Of a stretch of 64,000 nt of DNA, positions 42,509 through 53,862 are shown piece after piece. The notes under the pieces are model-generated. The model had not been told where the DNA came from, made no database searches, and saw only the letters and a list, made by a program, of their open reading frames with translations. How positions within the stretch are numbered: the stretch's first letter is position 1; every line of letters begins with the position of its first letter. A program made the position numbers and the translations under genes. Origin of the DNA: Candidatus Multivorans sp. (GTDB taxonomy: Bacteria > Acidobacteriota > Thermoanaerobaculia > Multivoradales > Multivoraceae); the NCBI GenBank assembly GCA_965247095.1, contig OZ251997.1, positions 3,552,001-3,616,000 on the forward strand, written 5' to 3'.

Positions 42509-43897
42509 GTGCGCCGCAGGAAGAATCGGCGCACCCCATGTTCTGCCCCGCACGCTCCTAGCAGTCCCTTGCGCAAGATCCTGGTCGCCAACCGGGGCGA
42601 GATCGCGGTGCGGGTCATCCGCGGCTGCCGGGACCTCGACATCGCGACCGTCGGGGTCTTCAGCACCGCGGACCGTGACGCCCTCCATGTGCGGCTCGCC
42701 GACGAGGCGGTCTGCGTGGGGCCTCCGGCGCCGGCCGGGAGCTACCTGCACCAGCGCAACCTGCTCTCGGCAGCACTCATCACCGGCGCTGAGGCGATCC
42801 ATCCCGGCTACGGGTTCCTGGCCGAGAACGCCGACTTCGCGGCCGCCGTAGAGCAGTGCGGCCTGATCTGGATCGGGCCCTCGCCGTCGTCGATCCGCAC
42901 CCTGGGCGACAAGAGCCGAGCGCGCGAAGCCGCGGTCGCGGCCGATGTGCCGGTGCTCGAGGGCGGTCCGCTGCCGGAGTCGTCCGCGGAAGCGGCGGCG
43001 TTTGCCGACGGGATCGGCTATCCGCTGATGCTGAAGGCCGCCGCGGGCGGTGGCGGCCGCGGCATGCGGGCCGTCCGTGACCGCGCCGGACTTAAGAGCG
43101 CTCTCCAGTCGGCGGCGAGCGAGGCCCGCGCCGCCTTCGGTAGCGGCGAACTCATCGTGGAGCGGTTGGTGGAGCGCCCGCGCCACATCGAGGTCCAGGT
43201 CTTCGGCGACTCGTTCGGCCGCATGGTCGGGCTCGGCGAGCGCGACTGCTCGATTCAGCGCCGGCACCAGAAGCTGGTGGAGGAAGCTCCGGCCCCAAGG
43301 GTAGGGGCGGACCTGCGGCGATCGCTGGGCGCGGCCGCGCTGCGGCTGGCGAAGCGGGTCGGCTACGCGAACGCGGGCACGGTCGAGTTCCTCGTGGACG
43401 GCGACCGCTTCTACTTCCTGGAGATGAACACGCGCATCCAGGTCGAACATCCGGTGACCGAGTCGGTGACCGGCGTCGACCTGGTCAAGCTGCAGATCCT
43501 GGCCGCCGCCGGCGAGCCGCTGGGGTTGCCCGACGGCATCGAGACCAGCGGTCACGCGATCGAATGCCGGATCAACGCGGAGGATCCGGAGACCTTCGCG
43601 CCCTCGCCGGGCACGCTCAGCCGCTACCGACCGCCGGCCGGCCCGGGCATCCGGGTCGACAGCCACGGATTCGAGGGCGCGTCGATGCCGCCGCACTACG
43701 ATTCGCTGGTGGCCAAGGTGATCGCCCACGGCGCGAACCGGGAGGAGGCGATCTCGAGGATGGCCCGCGCCCTGATGGAGTTCGACATCGACGGTGTCCG
43801 CACCACGCTGCCGCTGATGCGGCGGATCGTCCGATCGCGGGCATTCGCCGACGCCGAACTCGACACCGGGTTTCTCGCCCGGCTGGACGAAGAATGA
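42509..43897 (+). CDS. accC: Biotin carboxylase
   Basis: KILVANRGEIA, HPGYGFLAEN, GGGGRGM and EMNTRIQVEH; the true start may be TTG 42569. Confidence 0.95.
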   Translation: MRRRKNRRTPCSAPHAPSSPLRKILVANRGEIAVRVIRGCRDLDIATVGVFSTADRDALHVRLADEAVCVGPPAPAGSYLHQRNLLSAALITGAEAIHPGYGFLAENADFAAAVEQCGLIWIGPSPSSIRTLGDKSRAREAAVAADVPVLEGGPLPESSAEAAAFADGIGYPLMLKAAAGGGGRGMRAVRDRAGLKSALQSAASEARAAFGSGELIVERLVERPRHIEVQVFGDSFGRMVGLGERDCSIQRRHQKLVEEAPAPRVGADLRRSLGAAALRLAKRVGYANAGTVEFLVDGDRFYFLEMNTRIQVEHPVTESVTGVDLVKLQILAAAGEPLGLPDGIETSGHAIECRINAEDPETFAPSPGTLSRYRPPAGPGIRVDSHGFEGASMPPHYDSLVAKVIAHGANREEAISRMARALMEFDIDGVRTTLPLMRRIVRSRAFADAELDTGFLARLDEE

Positions 43898-44628
43898 GCG
43901 CCGGTCGGGGTCCTGGGAACGCGGGCGTCTCGCCCGCATCGGCCGCAGGCCGGTCTCCGGTTCCGCTCCGGCCTCCCCCGAACCGCCTGTACGCGATCGT
44001 CGACACGGGACTCTTCGGTGCGCGACCGGAACCGGTCGCCGGGGCAGTGCGGACGCTGCTCGACTGCGGAGTGCGCTGGATCCAGCTACGCGCCAAGGGC
44101 CTGCCGGACCTCGAGATGTGGCGCCTGGCGGAGGCGGTGGGCCGGGTCGTCGAGGAGGCGACTGCTGCAGGCAGCGGCGCCGTTTCGGACGCTTCCCTGT
44201 TCTGGATCAACGACCGGACCGCCATCGCGGCCGCCCTGCCGGCCGCGCGCGGCCTGCACCTCGGCCAGGACGATCTGCCGCCCTCGGCGGCGCGCCTGTC
44301 GCTGCCGCGGCACTGCCGCATCGGCCGCTCGACCCACAGCCGCGAGCAGGCAATCGAGGCCGACCGCGATCCGGCGGTCGACGCGGTGGCGATCGGCCCC
44401 GCGTTCGGGACCTCGACGAAGAATCGGCCGGACCCCGTCGTCGGGCTCGCCGGAGTAGCCGCCGCGCGCGCGGTCACCGCCAAGCCCCTGATCGCCATCG
44501 GCGGCATCGACGCCGCGCGCGCACCGCGCGTGATCGAGGCCGGCGCCGACGCCGTGGCCGTGATCTCCGCCCTCGATCCGCACCGCCTGGAATCGAGCTG
44601 CCGCCTCCTGCTGCGCTCGCTCCGCTGA
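43894..44628 (+). CDS. thiE: Thiamine-phosphate synthase
   Basis: IQLRAK, IND, HLGQDD, GRSTH, TSTK and AIGGI. Confidence 0.92.
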   Translation: MSAGRGPGNAGVSPASAAGRSPVPLRPPPNRLYAIVDTGLFGARPEPVAGAVRTLLDCGVRWIQLRAKGLPDLEMWRLAEAVGRVVEEATAAGSGAVSDASLFWINDRTAIAAALPAARGLHLGQDDLPPSAARLSLPRHCRIGRSTHSREQAIEADRDPAVDAVAIGPAFGTSTKNRPDPVVGLAGVAAARAVTAKPLIAIGGIDAARAPRVIEAGADAVAVISALDPHRLESSCRLLLRSLR

Positions 44629-44649
44629 AGAGGCGCGGTTGCCGAGCCT

Positions 44650-45165
44650 CTACCGGGAGTTCCGGGACGTCAGACCCAGCTCCCCGGCCACGCTCGCCGC
44701 AACGATCTTCGCCGGCTCAAACCCCTTGGTTTGAACTCGCACGTCCGCCAGGCGATACGACTCAAGCCGGGCCTCGTACAGCACCCGAGCCTGCTCCGGC
44801 GACTCGAACAGCGGCCGCCGGCGGTGTGAGCCTTCAGCCCGGCGGCAGAGGATCTCCCACGGCGGGTCGAGCCAGACGCTACGGCCGAGACCCGCGATCA
44901 GGCGCCGGTTGCGCTCCAGCGTGAAGGCGCCGCCGCCGGTGGCGACGACGACCGGATCGAGCGCGGCGCAGCGTTGGAGCGCCGCAGTTTCGCGCTCACG
45001 GAAGTGGGCCTCACCGTGTTCGAGGATCATCTCGGCCACTGGCTGCCCCTCGTGGGCGGCGATGTCCGAGTCGAGATCCCGGAAGGGCCAACCGAGGGAC
45101 CGGGCCAGCAAACGCCCGACCTTGCTCTTGCCGGCCGCCATGAAGCCGACCAGGAAGACGCGCAC
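44650..45165 (-). CDS. aroK: Shikimate kinase
   Basis: VFLVGFMAAGKS, DLD, GEAHFRERE, ATGGG and RPL. Confidence 0.94.
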   Translation of the reverse strand: MRVFLVGFMAAGKSKVGRLLARSLGWPFRDLDSDIAAHEGQPVAEMILEHGEAHFRERETAALQRCAALDPVVVATGGGAFTLERNRRLIAGLGRSVWLDPPWEILCRRAEGSHRRRPLFESPEQARVLYEARLESYRLADVRVQTKGFEPAKIVAASVAGELGLTSRNSR

Positions 45166-45183
45166 AGAAGCCCCGCGGAACGG

Positions 45184-45300
45184 TCAGCCGTCCTGCGCGC
45201 GGGACCGCTCGCTCCTGAGCGCCCGCACCAGGAAGAAAGAGAAGCCTCCCCACACGAAGCCGCAGATCAGGACCAGGACCAGAATGGCAAGCGGGGACAT
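45184..45300 (-). CDS. 38-aa membrane peptide resembling the MetS-type NSS transporter small subunit
   Basis: Manual translation MSPLAILVLVLICGFVWGGFSFFLVRALRSERSRAQDG*, containing a WGG motif. Confidence 0.55.
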   Translation of the reverse strand: MSPLAILVLVLICGFVWGGFSFFLVRALRSERSRAQDG

Positions 45301-45396
45301 CGGACTTCAGGTACTCCGCGGGAACTATACGCCAGCCGCCGAAGAGTACGAGTCGAGGTGTACAGTTCGAAGCAGCACTCGGGACGGGAGCAGACG

Positions 45397-45654
45397 ATGG
45401 AGATCTCCGCCAGCGGTCTAGGAAGTCGGCTAGCAGAAGCACTGGCATGCCTCGACCGCGGCGAGTCGGTGACGGTCACCTTTCGCGGGAAACCGAGAGC
45501 CAGGCTGGTCTGCATCGAGCCGCCCCGCGAGGACGCGGTTTCACCCGCCTTCGGGATGTGGAAGGGCCGCGCCGACATGGCGGACGTTGAGACCCAGGTC
45601 AGACGTCTGCGGAATGAACGCTTCCACGCAGGTGCCAGCGGCGTCACCGGCTAG
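45397..45654 (+). CDS. Phd/YefM-family antitoxin with no adjacent toxin
   Basis: LAEALACLDRGESVTVTFRGKPRARLV..AFGMWK; GGGAG RBS. Confidence 0.75.
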   Translation: MEISASGLGSRLAEALACLDRGESVTVTFRGKPRARLVCIEPPREDAVSPAFGMWKGRADMADVETQVRRLRNERFHAGASGVTG

Positions 45655-45846
45655 AGGGTTGCTTCCCACAGGGCCAAACCTCGCTCGATCGCCTCGTCCA
45701 GCCACTTTCGGAAGCGAGGTTCGATGTCTGCCGTCTTCTCCTTGTAGTTGATCCGGAAAACGTCTGCGCAGAGAGGTCGCTCTCCCGTCGACTCGAGCCT
45801 GTCGTCGTCGCCTTGAACCCGTTGGAACCAAGTGGCGGAACGTCCA

Positions 45847-46091
45847 GCCCGCAGGGGGTTCAGGGGGGAGGGTCCCAGGTGGCTGTCGGCAAGCGACGCC
45901 CGGTGCCCTTTCATCAACCGGTGGCGTACCGGAGCGCAGCCGACCGCAGCGAGCGCCAACCTCCCCCTATCCGAACAAGCGCGAACCCGGGTGGCGCGAC
46001 CCGCGCCACCCGTGAACCAGTCCGTGCGCCCGTCATCGGGCGCACGGATGGCGCGGCACCTGGGACCCTCCCCCCTGAACCCTCTGCGGGC
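45847..46091. mobile_element. MITE-like element with 35-bp terminal inverted repeats
   Basis: 45847..45881 and 46057..46091 match at 34 of 35 positions as an inverted pair; internal REP hairpins; no transposase. Confidence 0.65.
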
Positions 46092-46097
46092 GGGTGC

Positions 46098-47021
46098 TCA
46101 CAACGGGTTGTTGACGATTTCCTGGAACGTCTTGCCTTCGCGGGCCATGGCGATGAGCTGCTGCAGGCGGGTGCTGGCGCGAGCCTCGTTGGCGCTTTCC
46201 CAGGTTGCGGTGGCGCCGTCGCGGTCGCCGAGTTGCATCAGGAGCAGGCCTCGCATCATGGCTGCCTGCTCGTGACCGGGGTCGCTGCGCAGGGACCGGC
46301 TCAGTGCGTTCAGCGCGATGTCGGTTTGCCCCATCTGGAGGCGGACGATGCCGGAGACGTAGTGGCCGTCGGGATCCTCCGGATCGATCTCCAGCATGTG
46401 CTGGGCCTGCTGGAAGGCGTCGAAGGGACGGCCGTTCATCACCAGCAGTTGGGTCAGCGCGCGGTGCAGGTCGAGGTCGGTCGGATCGGCTTCGATCTGC
46501 CGCTGCAGTTCCTCGGCCTGCCGGGCCATCTCGGGTCCGAGCGGGGTCTGGCCCCGGAAGTCCGTGCCGTCGGCGGCCTGCTGATCGGCCATCTGCTGGG
46601 CCTCGGGATCGGGCTGGGCGTCGGACTGGGCCCAGATCACGAGGGCGGCGACCAGGCCGATCACGCCGCCGCCGAGCAAGACGCCGGAGAGCAGGGGGTG
46701 CGCCTGCACGAAGGCGCGGCCTCCGGGCGCCGCGGCCTTCTGGGCGCCGCTGCTCGGGGCGATGGTGGCAAGCACTTCCTCGACCTCGTCCAGCTCCTTG
46801 AGGACGCGGGCGGTGGACACCTGGAGCCGGCGGCGGTCGGCGGGCTCGAGTTCGCGCTGGGACAGGCGGCCGAGCAGATCTTCGCGGCGGCTCAGCAGGT
46901 CGGCCCGCCGCAGCTCAAGGGCGGCCGCGCGCGCCGCGGTTTCCCGAGGCAGCAACGCGAGCCCGATCCCCAGGCCGGCGAGGACGGCGGCCAGGAGCGT
47001 GATCGTCGCGACAAGAGTCAG
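46098..47021 (-). CDS. CcmI/CycH-like TPR protein
   Basis: Two TM segments with an intervening coiled coil, then TPRs; last gene of the ccm cluster; start approximate. Confidence 0.75.
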   Translation of the reverse strand: MTLVATITLLAAVLAGLGIGLALLPRETAARAAALELRRADLLSRREDLLGRLSQRELEPADRRRLQVSTARVLKELDEVEEVLATIAPSSGAQKAAAPGGRAFVQAHPLLSGVLLGGGVIGLVAALVIWAQSDAQPDPEAQQMADQQAADGTDFRGQTPLGPEMARQAEELQRQIEADPTDLDLHRALTQLLVMNGRPFDAFQQAQHMLEIDPEDPDGHYVSGIVRLQMGQTDIALNALSRSLRSDPGHEQAAMMRGLLLMQLGDRDGATATWESANEARASTRLQQLIAMAREGKTFQEIVNNPL

Positions 47022-47623
47022 GTCGCCGTCTCCTGCTCCACCCGCGCCAGGTAGTCGTCCAGGGCCTCTTCGTCTGTCCGGCGCCGCTGGCGCAGCCGGT
47101 GCACAACGAGCAGCGCTCCGAGCAGAACCATGGCTGCGGGCGCCGTCCACACGATCAGGTTGAGTCCCCGCGCACGGGGTTCGAGCAGCACGAACTCGCC
47201 GTAGCGCTGCTCGAAGTAGCGGGCGACCTGGTCGCGGGTGTAGCCGGCCGCGAGCAGGGACCGCGCTTCCTCGCGCATCGCCCGGGCCGACTCGGCGGCG
47301 GAATCGGCGATCGACAGCGCCTGGCACTTGGGACAGCGGATGTCGGCGGCGACCTTGGCCACGGCCCGGTCCAGTTCGTCGCCGGAGAGGGGTTGTCCGA
47401 GCGGCTCGCCCAACTCGCGGGACGCATCGACCCCCAGCCCCGGTCGACGCTCTCCTTCAGCCGGCGGTAGAAGAAGGTCAGGCTGGGTATCCCGCGGCTG
47501 GGTGTCCAGCGGCTGGGCCGAAGCCGGCGTGGCGAACGGGAGCGCAACCAGCAGCCCAAGGAGAGCGGCCACCGGGATCCACCGCCGGCCGTCTCGCCGG
47601 GACGTCGAGGTTCGGCGGCGCAT
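47018..47623 (-). CDS. ccmH: Cytochrome c biogenesis protein CcmH
   Basis: IRCPKCQALSIADS and RYGEFVLLEP. Confidence 0.92.
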   Translation of the reverse strand: MRRRTSTSRRDGRRWIPVAALLGLLVALPFATPASAQPLDTQPRDTQPDLLLPPAEGERRPGLGVDASRELGEPLGQPLSGDELDRAVAKVAADIRCPKCQALSIADSAAESARAMREEARSLLAAGYTRDQVARYFEQRYGEFVLLEPRARGLNLIVWTAPAAMVLLGALLVVHRLRQRRRTDEEALDDYLARVEQETAT

Positions 47624-47624
47624 G

Positions 47625-48161
47625 TCAGCCGGTGGCTGCGGCCGGCTGCGCTAGAAGGCGGTCCGCGGTCTCAAGCAGCTTCTCCGGCCACACGGCGCCG
47701 CTCACCTTGTCCACGATCACGCCGTCTTGGTCGATGAAGAAGGTCTCCGGCGGACCGTAGACGCCGTAGGCGATGGCGACCCGGCTGCCTTCGTCGATCA
47801 GCGACGGACCCCAACTCCCGTACTCCGTGTTGAAGCGTGCGATCTGCTGCGGGTCGTCCTGGAAGATGACGCCGACGAAGTGGATCTCCCCGCGCCAGCG
47901 CTGAGAGCCCGCCATCAACAGGGGGTGCTCCACGATGCAGGGTGGGCAGTAGGTCGACCAGAAGTTGATCACCACCGGGCGGCCGCGCAGTGCCTCGAGG
48001 TCCACGATGCGGCCATCGAGGCCGGCGAGCCGGAAACTCGGCGCAGGCTGGCCCACCAGGGGCGACTCGACGATGGCGGGGTCGTGCTGGAAGGCGAATC
48101 CAAGCAGGACCAGCAGCGGCACGGAGATGGCCAGGCCGATCAGGAGGACCTTGCGGTTCAT
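47625..48161 (-). CDS. ccmG: Thiol:disulfide interchange protein CcmG/DsbE
   Basis: SPLVGQPAP, NFWSTYCPPCIVEHP and YGVYGPPETFFID. Confidence 0.9.
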   Translation of the reverse strand: MNRKVLLIGLAISVPLLVLLGFAFQHDPAIVESPLVGQPAPSFRLAGLDGRIVDLEALRGRPVVINFWSTYCPPCIVEHPLLMAGSQRWRGEIHFVGVIFQDDPQQIARFNTEYGSWGPSLIDEGSRVAIAYGVYGPPETFFIDQDGVIVDKVSGAVWPEKLLETADRLLAQPAAATG

Positions 48162-48246
48162 CTGGTCACCACGGGTTGCTGGCGGCCACTCAAGCCGGCG
48201 CTGCGCGCCGGATGCGGGCAAGATGCCCGCGTTCCCAGGTTGCGGT

Positions 48247-50246
<2,000 letters not shown>

Positions 50247-50250
<4 letters not shown>

Positions 50251-50735
50251 GTGTCGAACTGCATGGACTCGATCAACTCCGCCATGCCGCGCTGGTCATC
50301 GACGTCGGGGGCCTGGTACTCGTTGTCGTGCTTCACCAGGAGGCGCGAGGTCGCGAACTGGCCGTCCCGCCCCATCGTCCCCTCGAGCACGACGCCGATG
50401 CCCTCCCGGAACATGGCCGGCGGCACGGCGGTGGTGCGGACATCGATCTGCGACGTGCCGTCGGTGACCGTGAACTCGAGGGTCAGGCCGTCTTCGCTCC
50501 GGCTCACCGAGCCGTTCTCGACCAGGCCGCCGAGCCGGATGCTGGCGCCGATCGCCTCTGGCCCTGCTTCGTGGACTTCCGAAGGGCTCCAGTAGTAGAC
50601 CAGGTTCTCGCCGACGTCGCCGAAGGCCAGAACGGAGAGGGCGATGGCCACCGCGGCGCCCGCGGCCAGCAGCAGAAGACGCCGGTTGCCGCGGCTAGGC
50701 GTTGCGCTGGTGGGGGTCGTGGGTTCCGTGCTCAT
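50247..50735 (-). CDS. ccmE: Heme chaperone CcmE
   Basis: NLVYYWSPSE, IRLGGLV, MFREG and heme-binding KHDNEY. Confidence 0.94.
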
Positions 50736-50877
50736 TGCTCTGTTCCTGCGCCGGTGCGTTGCCTTCGATCGGTCGCAGGCGCGCGAACAGACTGAAGGTG
50801 TAGAGGGCCAGGACGGCGCCCGCCGAACCATAGGCGGCAACGACCCATCCCCAACCGCCGACTATAACGCCGTCCAC
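50695..50877 (-). CDS. ccmD: Probable CcmD-like small membrane protein
   Basis: GGWGWVVAAYG plus a TM segment and charged tail, immediately before ccmE. Confidence 0.65.
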   Translation of the reverse strand: MDGVIVGGWGWVVAAYGSAGAVLALYTFSLFARLRPIEGNAPAQEQSNEHGTHDPHQRNA

Positions 50878-50925
50878 CCTTCGTTTTCTCCTCTGCGTGA
50901 CGGAAGCCGGACTGCCGGCGGGCCG

Positions 50926-51606
50926 TCACTCCTCCATCGCCACGGCGGCCAGGACGCCACCCAGCGCCCAGTAGATCACATCGAAGGCGAGCAGAATGAC
51001 GAACCAACTGCCCGTCTGATCCATCGGATCCCCGTGCAGTATCAGCGCCGCGCTCTTGACCGAGGCGATCAGCACCGGGATGACCAGGGGAAAGAGGAGC
51101 AGGGGCAGCAGCACGTCCTGACTCGAGGCACGACTGGTCATCGCCGCGTACAGGGTGCCCGGCGCGGCGAGTCCGGCGGCGGCAAGCAGCCAGACGCCGA
51201 GCAGCCAGAGCAGAGCGTTCGGTCCGGCGTCGACGCCGTAGATGATGATCGCCGAGGGCAGCAGCACCGGCGCCAGCAGGGCCAGGAACACGAAGTTGCC
51301 GAGCGCCTTGGCGTAGAAAAGAACCGCCGGTTCGACCGGCAGCAGCAACAGCCCCTCCAGGGCCCGGTTCTCCCGTTCGACCCGGAAGGACTCCGAGAGC
51401 CCCAGGGTCGAACTCAGGAGCAGGGCAAGGATCAGGAAGCCGGGCGCCATGGTCGCCGCCGCGCGGTCGTCGGCGTCGATGGCGAAGGAGAACAGCACCA
51501 GCGTGATGCCTCCGAAGAGCACGATGGAGAAGAAGCGGAACCGGCCCCGCCACTCGACCCGCAGGTCCTTGAGCAGCAGCACGAGAATCGGGCGGAACAG
51601 TTTCAT
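50926..51606 (-). CDS. ccmB: Heme exporter CcmB
   Basis: KDLRVEWR, ERENRALEGLLL and LLPLLLFPLVIP. Confidence 0.9.
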   Translation of the reverse strand: MKLFRPILVLLLKDLRVEWRGRFRFFSIVLFGGITLVLFSFAIDADDRAAATMAPGFLILALLLSSTLGLSESFRVERENRALEGLLLLPVEPAVLFYAKALGNFVFLALLAPVLLPSAIIIYGVDAGPNALLWLLGVWLLAAAGLAAPGTLYAAMTSRASSQDVLLPLLLFPLVIPVLIASVKSAALILHGDPMDQTGSWFVILLAFDVIYWALGGVLAAVAMEE

Positions 51607-52289
51607 TGCCGTCGCAGCCTCCGCCCCCAGGCGGCAGAGACATCGGCGGCCGCGCCCTGCCACACCGCCTGGCCCTGCTCGAGCAGCACCGCCCGGCGGC
51701 ACATGCGGGCAGCCCGCTCGATCGCGTGCGAGGCGACGATCAGTGTCCCGCCGGCGTCCACGAAACGCCCGATCCAGCTTTCGATCAAAGCTTGCCCCTG
51801 GGGGTCGAGGGACGCGAAGGGCTCGTCGAGGAGCAGCAACCGCGGGTTCTCCAGACGGGAGCGCGCGAGGATCAGGCGCTTCCTCATGCCGGCCGAGAAA
51901 CCGGCGACCTGGCGGTCGGCGTCGGCGGAGAGACCGAGTTCCCCGAGCAGGTCGTGGAGTTGGGACTGACTGGAGCGCCGGCCGCGGAGCGAACTCCAGA
52001 GCTGCAGCGTCTCCAGGGCGGTGAGCCGGTCGTAGAGATAGTCGTGGTGGGAGACCAGGGACAGGGTGCTGCGGACCCCGAAGCGATCCTCGGCCGCGCG
52101 CCGGCCGTCGACCCGGAGTTCGCCCGCCGTGGGACGCCGGAGTCCGGCGATCAACCGCAGCAGGGTCGTCTTGCCGGAGCCGTTGGCCCCGGCCAGCAGC
52201 AGGCGGTCGCCGGACGCGAGGTCGAGGTCGACGTGGGCGAGAGCCCACTGCGAGCCGAAGCGGATACCGAGTCCGCGTGCGCGGATCAT
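51603..52289 (-). CDS. ccmA: Heme exporter ATP-binding protein CcmA
   Basis: GANGSGKTT, FSAGMRKRL and LLLDEPF. Confidence 0.9.
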   Translation of the reverse strand: MIRARGLGIRFGSQWALAHVDLDLASGDRLLLAGANGSGKTTLLRLIAGLRRPTAGELRVDGRRAAEDRFGVRSTLSLVSHHDYLYDRLTALETLQLWSSLRGRRSSQSQLHDLLGELGLSADADRQVAGFSAGMRKRLILARSRLENPRLLLLDEPFASLDPQGQALIESWIGRFVDAGGTLIVASHAIERAARMCRRAVLLEQGQAVWQGAAADVSAAWGRRLRRQ

Positions 52290-52522
52290 TGGCGCGCTCC
52301 GAGCCCGCACCGTCTTGGGGATCGCAGGTGCGATCCCAGTACCGCTCTTCCGAGTCCGTGTGCGTGAATCAAGGTCTCGACCCGGTTACTCTCTCTGCGG
52401 CGAATGCGGGGACGCTGGTCCCCGGGCGGAGAGGGTATAGCAGCCGCGGGTTGCCGGCGCCGGGCCGCGGCGCTCGCGCCACCCTCAGGCCGGCCCGCAA
52501 CAATCGGGCGCCGGAGACGTAG

Positions 52523-53110
52523 GTGAAGGCTGTGGAGGCAACTCGGGCGACCGACGAGGAGTTGGTGGCTGCGATTCTGGACGGCGAGGCCGCCCTGTAC
52601 ACCGACCTCGTGCAGAGGTATCAGGGGCGCTTGGTCAACTACCTGAATCGCTTTCTCTTCAATGTCGACGAGTCGCAGGAGTTGTCCCAGGAAGTGTTTC
52701 TGAAGGTCTACCGGGCCCTCGACCGTTACAACCCCAGGTACCGATTTTCGACATGGCTGTTTCGGGTGGCAAAGAACGCGGCGATCGACCTGCTTCGCAA
52801 GCGGCGCCTCAAGCTGGTTCCGATGCAGCGGGTCGGCGTCTACGGAGAGACCCGGGAGAGGGAGTTTCCGAGTGAGGAGAGAGACCCCTACCAGGTGCTT
52901 CGGAATCTCGAGCGGCGCGATGCCATCGGGGCCGCGATCGACAGCCTGACGGACGAGTACCGGGAGCTGATCCAGTTGAGGCACTTCGCCGAAATGACCT
53001 ACGAAGAGATCGCCGAGTTCAAGGGCATGCCCCTGGGCACGGTGAAGAACAAGTTGTTTCGCGGCCGCCGGGTGCTGAAGGCCCGGTTGGCTGGATACCT
53101 CACCGACTGA
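52523..53110 (+). CDS. ECF RNA polymerase sigma factor
   Basis: QEVFLKVY, FSTWLFRVAKN and YEEIA...LGTVKNKLFRGR. Confidence 0.95.
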   Translation: MKAVEATRATDEELVAAILDGEAALYTDLVQRYQGRLVNYLNRFLFNVDESQELSQEVFLKVYRALDRYNPRYRFSTWLFRVAKNAAIDLLRKRRLKLVPMQRVGVYGETREREFPSEERDPYQVLRNLERRDAIGAAIDSLTDEYRELIQLRHFAEMTYEEIAEFKGMPLGTVKNKLFRGRRVLKARLAGYLTD

Positions 53111-53197
53111 AGGACGGGGGGAGTTCTAGGGATGACGAGTTCGGAGAGGACGCCTTCGAGGAAAGGGCTGAGCGCGGGGAAAGGGGTCAGCGGTTCC

Positions 53198-53740
53198 ATG
53201 TCCGGCGCCTGTTCCCATGCCGAGTTGATCGACGCCTATGTCGACGGCGCCGTGAGCGAACCCGAGCGCGAGCAGGCGGAGCGGCACTTCGTGGAGTGCG
53301 CCGAGTGCCGCGACGAGGCGCGCGGGTTGGCCGCCCTGCGTGAACTCCTGGCCGAGGAACGGCTCGCGCCCGAGCCGCTCGAGATCGATGTCCAGGCGCC
53401 GTCGCGGGCCCGGGGCCGCAGGGCTGTGGCGGCGGCCGCTGCCCTGGTGGGGCTCTTCGGCGGCGCGCTGGCGGTGCTCGCCGGATTGGCGCCCCAGGTC
53501 GAATCGGCGGCCTCCGCTGTGGCGACGCTGTTCGACTTCACGCTTACCGTCGGGCTGGTCGGCGCCGGCCTGCTCGATGCCTCGTGGCGGGGGATGAGCG
53601 CGGCGGTGTCCTCGGTGCTCCAACCCGCGGCGCCCGGTCTGCTGTTCGGCGGCCTGGCGGCCACGGGCCTCACCGCGCTCCTGTTTTCCCTGCTCAGACG
53701 CGGTTCCAGGGCGGCGGCGCGGGAACGGCAACGGCGCTGA
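53198..53740 (+). CDS. zf-HC2 (ZAS) anti-sigma factor
   Basis: LIDAYVDG...HFVECAEC followed by TM helices. Confidence 0.87.
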   Translation: MSGACSHAELIDAYVDGAVSEPEREQAERHFVECAECRDEARGLAALRELLAEERLAPEPLEIDVQAPSRARGRRAVAAAAALVGLFGGALAVLAGLAPQVESAASAVATLFDFTLTVGLVGAGLLDASWRGMSAAVSSVLQPAAPGLLFGGLAATGLTALLFSLLRRGSRAAARERQRR

Positions 53741-53811
53741 CGGTCCCCGGTCGCGGCGGCTTCGCGCCCTGTCGGCCCGGCGTGCGGCGCGACCCTGACC
53801 CCTGCCGCAAT

Positions 53812-53847
53812 GGGCGCTACGGGCGCTACGGGCGCTACCGGCGCTAC
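53812..53847 (+). repeat. 9-bp tandem repeat (GGGCGCTAC) x4
   Basis: Three perfect copies and one copy with one mismatch. Confidence 0.85.
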
Positions 53848-53862
53848 GATCGGCGGCGTCCC

